Assembly (NCBI GenBank): GCA_005222975.1
Contig: NJBI01000020.1
Coordinates: 1 to 51,335 of the forward strand
Direction of reading: 5' to 3'
Source of the DNA: Promethearchaeota archaeon Loki_b31
Lineage (GTDB): Archaea > Asgardarchaeota > Lokiarchaeia > Sigyniarchaeales > SOKP01
Length of the DNA: 51,335 nt
In this document: positions 47,926-51,335 of the stretch, piece by piece
Layout of the letters: each line of letters opens with the position of its first letter
Position numbering within the stretch: position 1 is the first letter of the stretch
Position numbers and translations under genes: made by a program
Notes under the pieces: generated by a model
Seen by the model: only the letters and a program-made list of their open reading frames with translations
Told to the model about the DNA's origin: nothing
Databases searched by the model: none

Positions 47926-48760
47926 CAGATTCTCTCTGAGCTAGGAAGAATAATCCATAAGAATTACCAAGTGATGGGAATTTTATTTTTATTTTAATTG
48001 GTATTTTAGAATTGATGAAAAATTTTAATTTTGGGCTAGTTCCAAATAAAAAATGTTTTAAGATTATTATATTATTAATTGAAAAGTAAGATTTCACCTT
48101 TTCTATATCAGAATTGTTATTTAACAATGTTAGTTCTTCAATATTCCATTTAATTTCTCCATTCGAAATATGATTATTCTCTTTAAAAATAATGGCCGTA
48201 TTTGATAAATCCAAACATATTGATTTTGAAAATCGTTCTAATTGAGTTATTAAATAAATAAATTTTTCTTTTTCTAATTCAAATTTACCCACATATGTTA
48301 GGTTAATTAATTTGTCTAGGATATCTTCGTTTTCTATGAAAAAATCTACTTTTTTAAAATTCCGTAAGATTAGAGATTTATATACTTTTGATTCTAATTT
48401 TATTTGTATCTCATCCTTTTTAAAATATAAACTAGTAATATTTTTATCATTTTTATTGCATTTCAATAATTTTACGAATTCCTCCAAATTAATTGTCAAT
48501 TTTAATGAAGAATTATAAATAAAATATGATGAATCAACTCTAAAAAGAACTCTCATTAAATGGGTTTTCCGATTATTTAATACATATACTTCTAAATTGT
48601 CGGTATTAATTTTAATATAAGCTAGTGAATTAATTCTTAGTAAAGCTTCAAAAATTTTATAAAATAAATATCCATCATTAAAAATTGCTTCACAATGTGT
48701 GTGTTTAATTTTATTATGTTTTAATTTTTCATTATTAAATCTATTCCAGTCAAAACTCAA
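47915..48760 (-). CDS. Divergent PCNA-like sliding clamp
   Basis: EAIFNDGYLFYKIFEAL..HLMRVLF..TINLEEFVKLLK..RNF..PIKIKI..GLFFLAQR parallels the PCNA pattern (INL..L.K.LK, terminal LAPR); similar length. Confidence 0.65.
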   Translation of the reverse strand: MSFDWNRFNNEKLKHNKIKHTHCEAIFNDGYLFYKIFEALLRINSLAYIKINTDNLEVYVLNNRKTHLMRVLFRVDSSYFIYNSSLKLTINLEEFVKLLKCNKNDKNITSLYFKKDEIQIKLESKVYKSLILRNFKKVDFFIENEDILDKLINLTYVGKFELEKEKFIYLITQLERFSKSICLDLSNTAIIFKENNHISNGEIKWNIEELTLLNNNSDIEKVKSYFSINNIIILKHFLFGTSPKLKFFINSKIPIKIKIKFPSLGNSYGLFFLAQRESVNY

Positions 48761-48887
48761 AATTATCCCTTTAATTTCAAATATTTAATCCATGCTATAT
48801 ACTTCAATAAAAATTATTAAAACTAATAGAAGAAATTAATTCATTTAAAAAATAATAAGATAGCAGTGAATTGGGCTTGAAATGTAA

Positions 48888-50444
48888 TCAACTTTGATTT
48901 TCTTCAAAATCAGTTAAGGACTTTTGAGATTTTTTAATGGGATTATTTATTTTGTCAACTATTCTATTTAATTCTTTAATATTAAATTTATGAGGATTTT
49001 TCATTATCTTTTTATAAATTTTATTTAAAATAGAATCTTCAGAGGGAATTTTAGGAAATTGTAAATCTAAAGTCGTTTTTATGGCACTAGTCATCTTCCG
49101 AAAATAATCTAATTCATCATCATTGTGTCTTAATTCATGATATAATCGATTCTTTTTTGGGGTTCTTGGATTTATATAGATTTTTGTAGATAACCATTGT
49201 TTAAGTTGTTTTTTGCCTCCTATTTCAAAATTCCAGATTTCTTCTGTAATACCTCCTAACCAAAAAGTCTTTTCTGGATCTCTAACTGAAGGTTTTTTAA
49301 AGTACATTCGTTCTTCATTAGGATCATAATAAATCTTCCTTAATTTTCTATTTTCAACATCATTTGCTAATTCATTATACGGGCAATCGGAAAATCTAAT
49401 TTCCTTTGATTTTAATAAATGTAATTCAATAAGTTTCATTCCAAGTTCTGACATTTCTAGAAAAGTCCCCTTATCATTAGGAAAAGGAATTCTTGGAAAA
49501 TCTTTTTTAAGAAAAACCTTAAAGTTTTCTCGATATTGTGGAACATATAAAAGACCATAAATATAGTTAAAAATCTCTCTATTTTCTACATCATAAGGGA
49601 GTAATTTTTTAAAATCTTCATTAATATTAGTATTTTTGGCAGGTTTAATCAGCCCAAACTCATTAGGGGCATCAGAAGTATTTATTTTTAATGGAAACAC
49701 ACAAGTCCCTGATCCTGTTGAGCTGGTTGCTCCCTTATGTTCAACAAATTTATCAGAAATAATTGCTATATTGCTATCTCCAATATGTTGAATTCCTCTA
49801 TCGACACAGATAGCTAAATTATCTTGTTCAGGATATAAATATTGCATTATTTTGAATTGTTCAGTGCCATTCTTCAGTAACGGCTGGTAATAAGAAAAGT
49901 ATCTTTGATCAAAACCTCGATATACCCATTTATAAATTGATTTCAAGGAATCTTTTATGTTTCCTTTAAGTGCGTCACTTATCTTCCAGTCTCGATTGTC
50001 ATTAAAGTTTATTTCTTTATCTTTATATTGCAATCCCTTTTCTCTTTGTTTCTTACGGTTAACGTAAAAGAAATCTACTAGATTTTCTGAATATTCTCCA
50101 TTATAAAAGTTTTTTATAATATTTGTTAATCTTTCTTTATCGGGATGAGAAACTAAAGTATCTTGTCCTGTAACAATCCCTACAGAATTCATTCTAAATA
50201 TTTCAATCATTCCCGCAAAAGAATTATATAGCTCTTGAAATTCTTCTGTATACATAGGAGGAGTAAACTCATGATCTAATCTTTCTCCAACATCTATAAA
50301 ATCTATTGAAGAAATATCATTTTCCCTCAAGTTTTGGAATTTCTTTTGCCGGCTCCCCCATATCTCATAATATTTTATTTTACAATTATGTTTATCTTCC
50401 TTTTTATTTTCATTATGTTCGTTTTCAGAATATCTAATAAAAAA
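48888..50444 (-). pseudogene. Type ISP / Type IIG restriction-modification enzyme, C-terminal (specificity) part; 5' end cut by an IS
   Basis: GIVTGQD, YRGFD.R, FNYIYGLLY.P.YRE.F..LKKDFPRIPF, L.ELHL, IWNFEIGG..L.QWL. Frame extends to ~50444 (FFIRYS..CKIKYYEIWGSRQKK), next to the IS end. Confidence 0.85.
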
Positions 50445-50446
50445 TC

Positions 50447-51322
50447 GTAAGTACTAAGTTTTTTGATCTTTAATTATCTTTTTCTAACCATAACATTTAT
50501 ATCTTCTAGTACATTCGTTATAGGATGGGTCTATGGCGCTTATTCTCAATTCTCGTCGTCAGAACACTCTTTCTCAGGCATTATATGTTCCGACAAAAAG
50601 GGAAAAAGTACGAGCGCGTGATTAAGAGTCAAGAGGCCCAATTAAAAGCTAAAGATTTGGAACTCTAAGAAAAGGATTACACCTTTAAAAATGAGATAGA
50701 ACAACTGAAAAAGGAGAAAGATACCCTTGAAGCGAAATATCTCAAGAAACTCAAGTTAGCGGATGTAAAAAAGAAAAACCTTGCTATGTATCGACGCAAG
50801 ATGAAAACTCTCCGAAAAATCCAAGAGGTTAACTAAAGAAGAAGCGGAGGAGCGATTGAGAGAGCTCGTCCTTAAATTGCGGGAGGAAGGCGTGATTGAG
50901 ACGGATTTAGAAAAGTTCTTGAAGCGATATGAACAATACGAAAAAAAGTTATTTACCTACTTGAAATACGAGGGCGTGCCCCCCGATTACAACGAGGCAG
51001 AACGAGAATTCCGCCCTTTCGTCGTCCAGCGGAAGCGTTCGGGCGGGTTCAAGAGTCCCGAGGTCATGCGGCACTACGTCGGTTACCTGTCGTTGTACAT
51101 GACATGTAAAGTAAACGGAAAAGATTTCGATAAATTGCTCGATTTGATCTTTTCCTGCCAAAAGATCGATTTAGGTTCGTTTTTGTCCTACTAAGGACAA
51201 TTTTCTCCAATTTTATAGCGTTGTTCGATTCTTACCTCAAAATTTAGGCAAATACGGTGAAAATTTTCTATGAAATCAGAACATTTTTAACAGATAGAAT
51301 GATCAAAAAACTTAGTACTTAA
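50447..51322 (+). mobile_element. Short non-autonomous IS66-family derivative (~876 bp) with terminal inverted repeats
   Basis: Left GTAAGTACTAAGTTTTTTGATC (50447-50468), right GATCAAAAAACTTAGTACTTAA (51301-51322), 21/22 match. GTAA start is typical of IS66. Confidence 0.88.
50856..51194 (+). pseudogene. IS66 transposase (TnpC) C-terminal fragment
   Basis: VPPDYNEAEREFRPFVVQRKRSGGFKS..SLYMTCK.NG matches the IS66 NNxAERxxR..RK motif; higher GC than flanks. Confidence 0.85.
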
Positions 51323-51335
51323 AAATTCATTAATG

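Noticed and set aside
1069-51161. Numerous short ORFs antisense to or nested in identified genes (e.g. 1069-1308, 1751-2026, 11651-12142, 15103-15450, 21255-21656, 26278-26499, 29634-29933, 31682-31984, 50949-51161)
   Set aside because: Shadow frames of well-supported genes with no independent motifs.
1-51335. tRNA or rRNA genes
   Set aside because: No GC-rich cloverleaf or rRNA-like segment recognised by eye; a tRNAscan/Infernal run would be needed to exclude them formally.

Overview
AT-rich archaeal window, most consistent with an Asgard archaeon of the Lokiarchaeia type (archaeal RpoD/L18e/L13/S9, thermosome, TrpRS, Rag-like GTPase with a roadblock-like C-terminus, MglA-like GTPase). Housekeeping content: two metV-metF pairs (one inside an hdrA::mvhD-hdrC-hdrB-metV-metF-lrp cluster), PEPCK, thermosome, msrB, trpS, trmI, glyA, rpoD-L18e-L13-S9 and aroA. 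There are three accessory zones. (1) A defence island at about 22.4-30.4 kb carries two tandem paralogous minimal CD-NTase/OAS-like nucleotidyltransferases, joined in frame across a single UGA and transcribed divergently from an HNH-SAVED effector. It also holds a roughly 1112-codon helical-repeat plus nuclease-like frame split by one UGA; a frameshifted tnpB lies just beyond the adjacent msrB. (2) An ABC-transporter cassette is flanked by a duplicated, diverged 165-nt 3' end of glyA. (3) A mobile mosaic at 46.3-51.3 kb contains an enlarged, 5'-truncated TnpB followed by two tandem copies of its omegaRNA-like scaffold with different downstream guides, an Ntn-hydrolase-like ORF, a divergent PCNA-like gene, and a Type ISP R-M fragment cut by a short IS66 derivative. 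No rRNA, tRNA or canonical CRISPR array was recognised. Several 1-nt frameshifts and abrupt gene junctions could be real decay or assembly artefacts. All calls come from manual motif reading; no searches were run.
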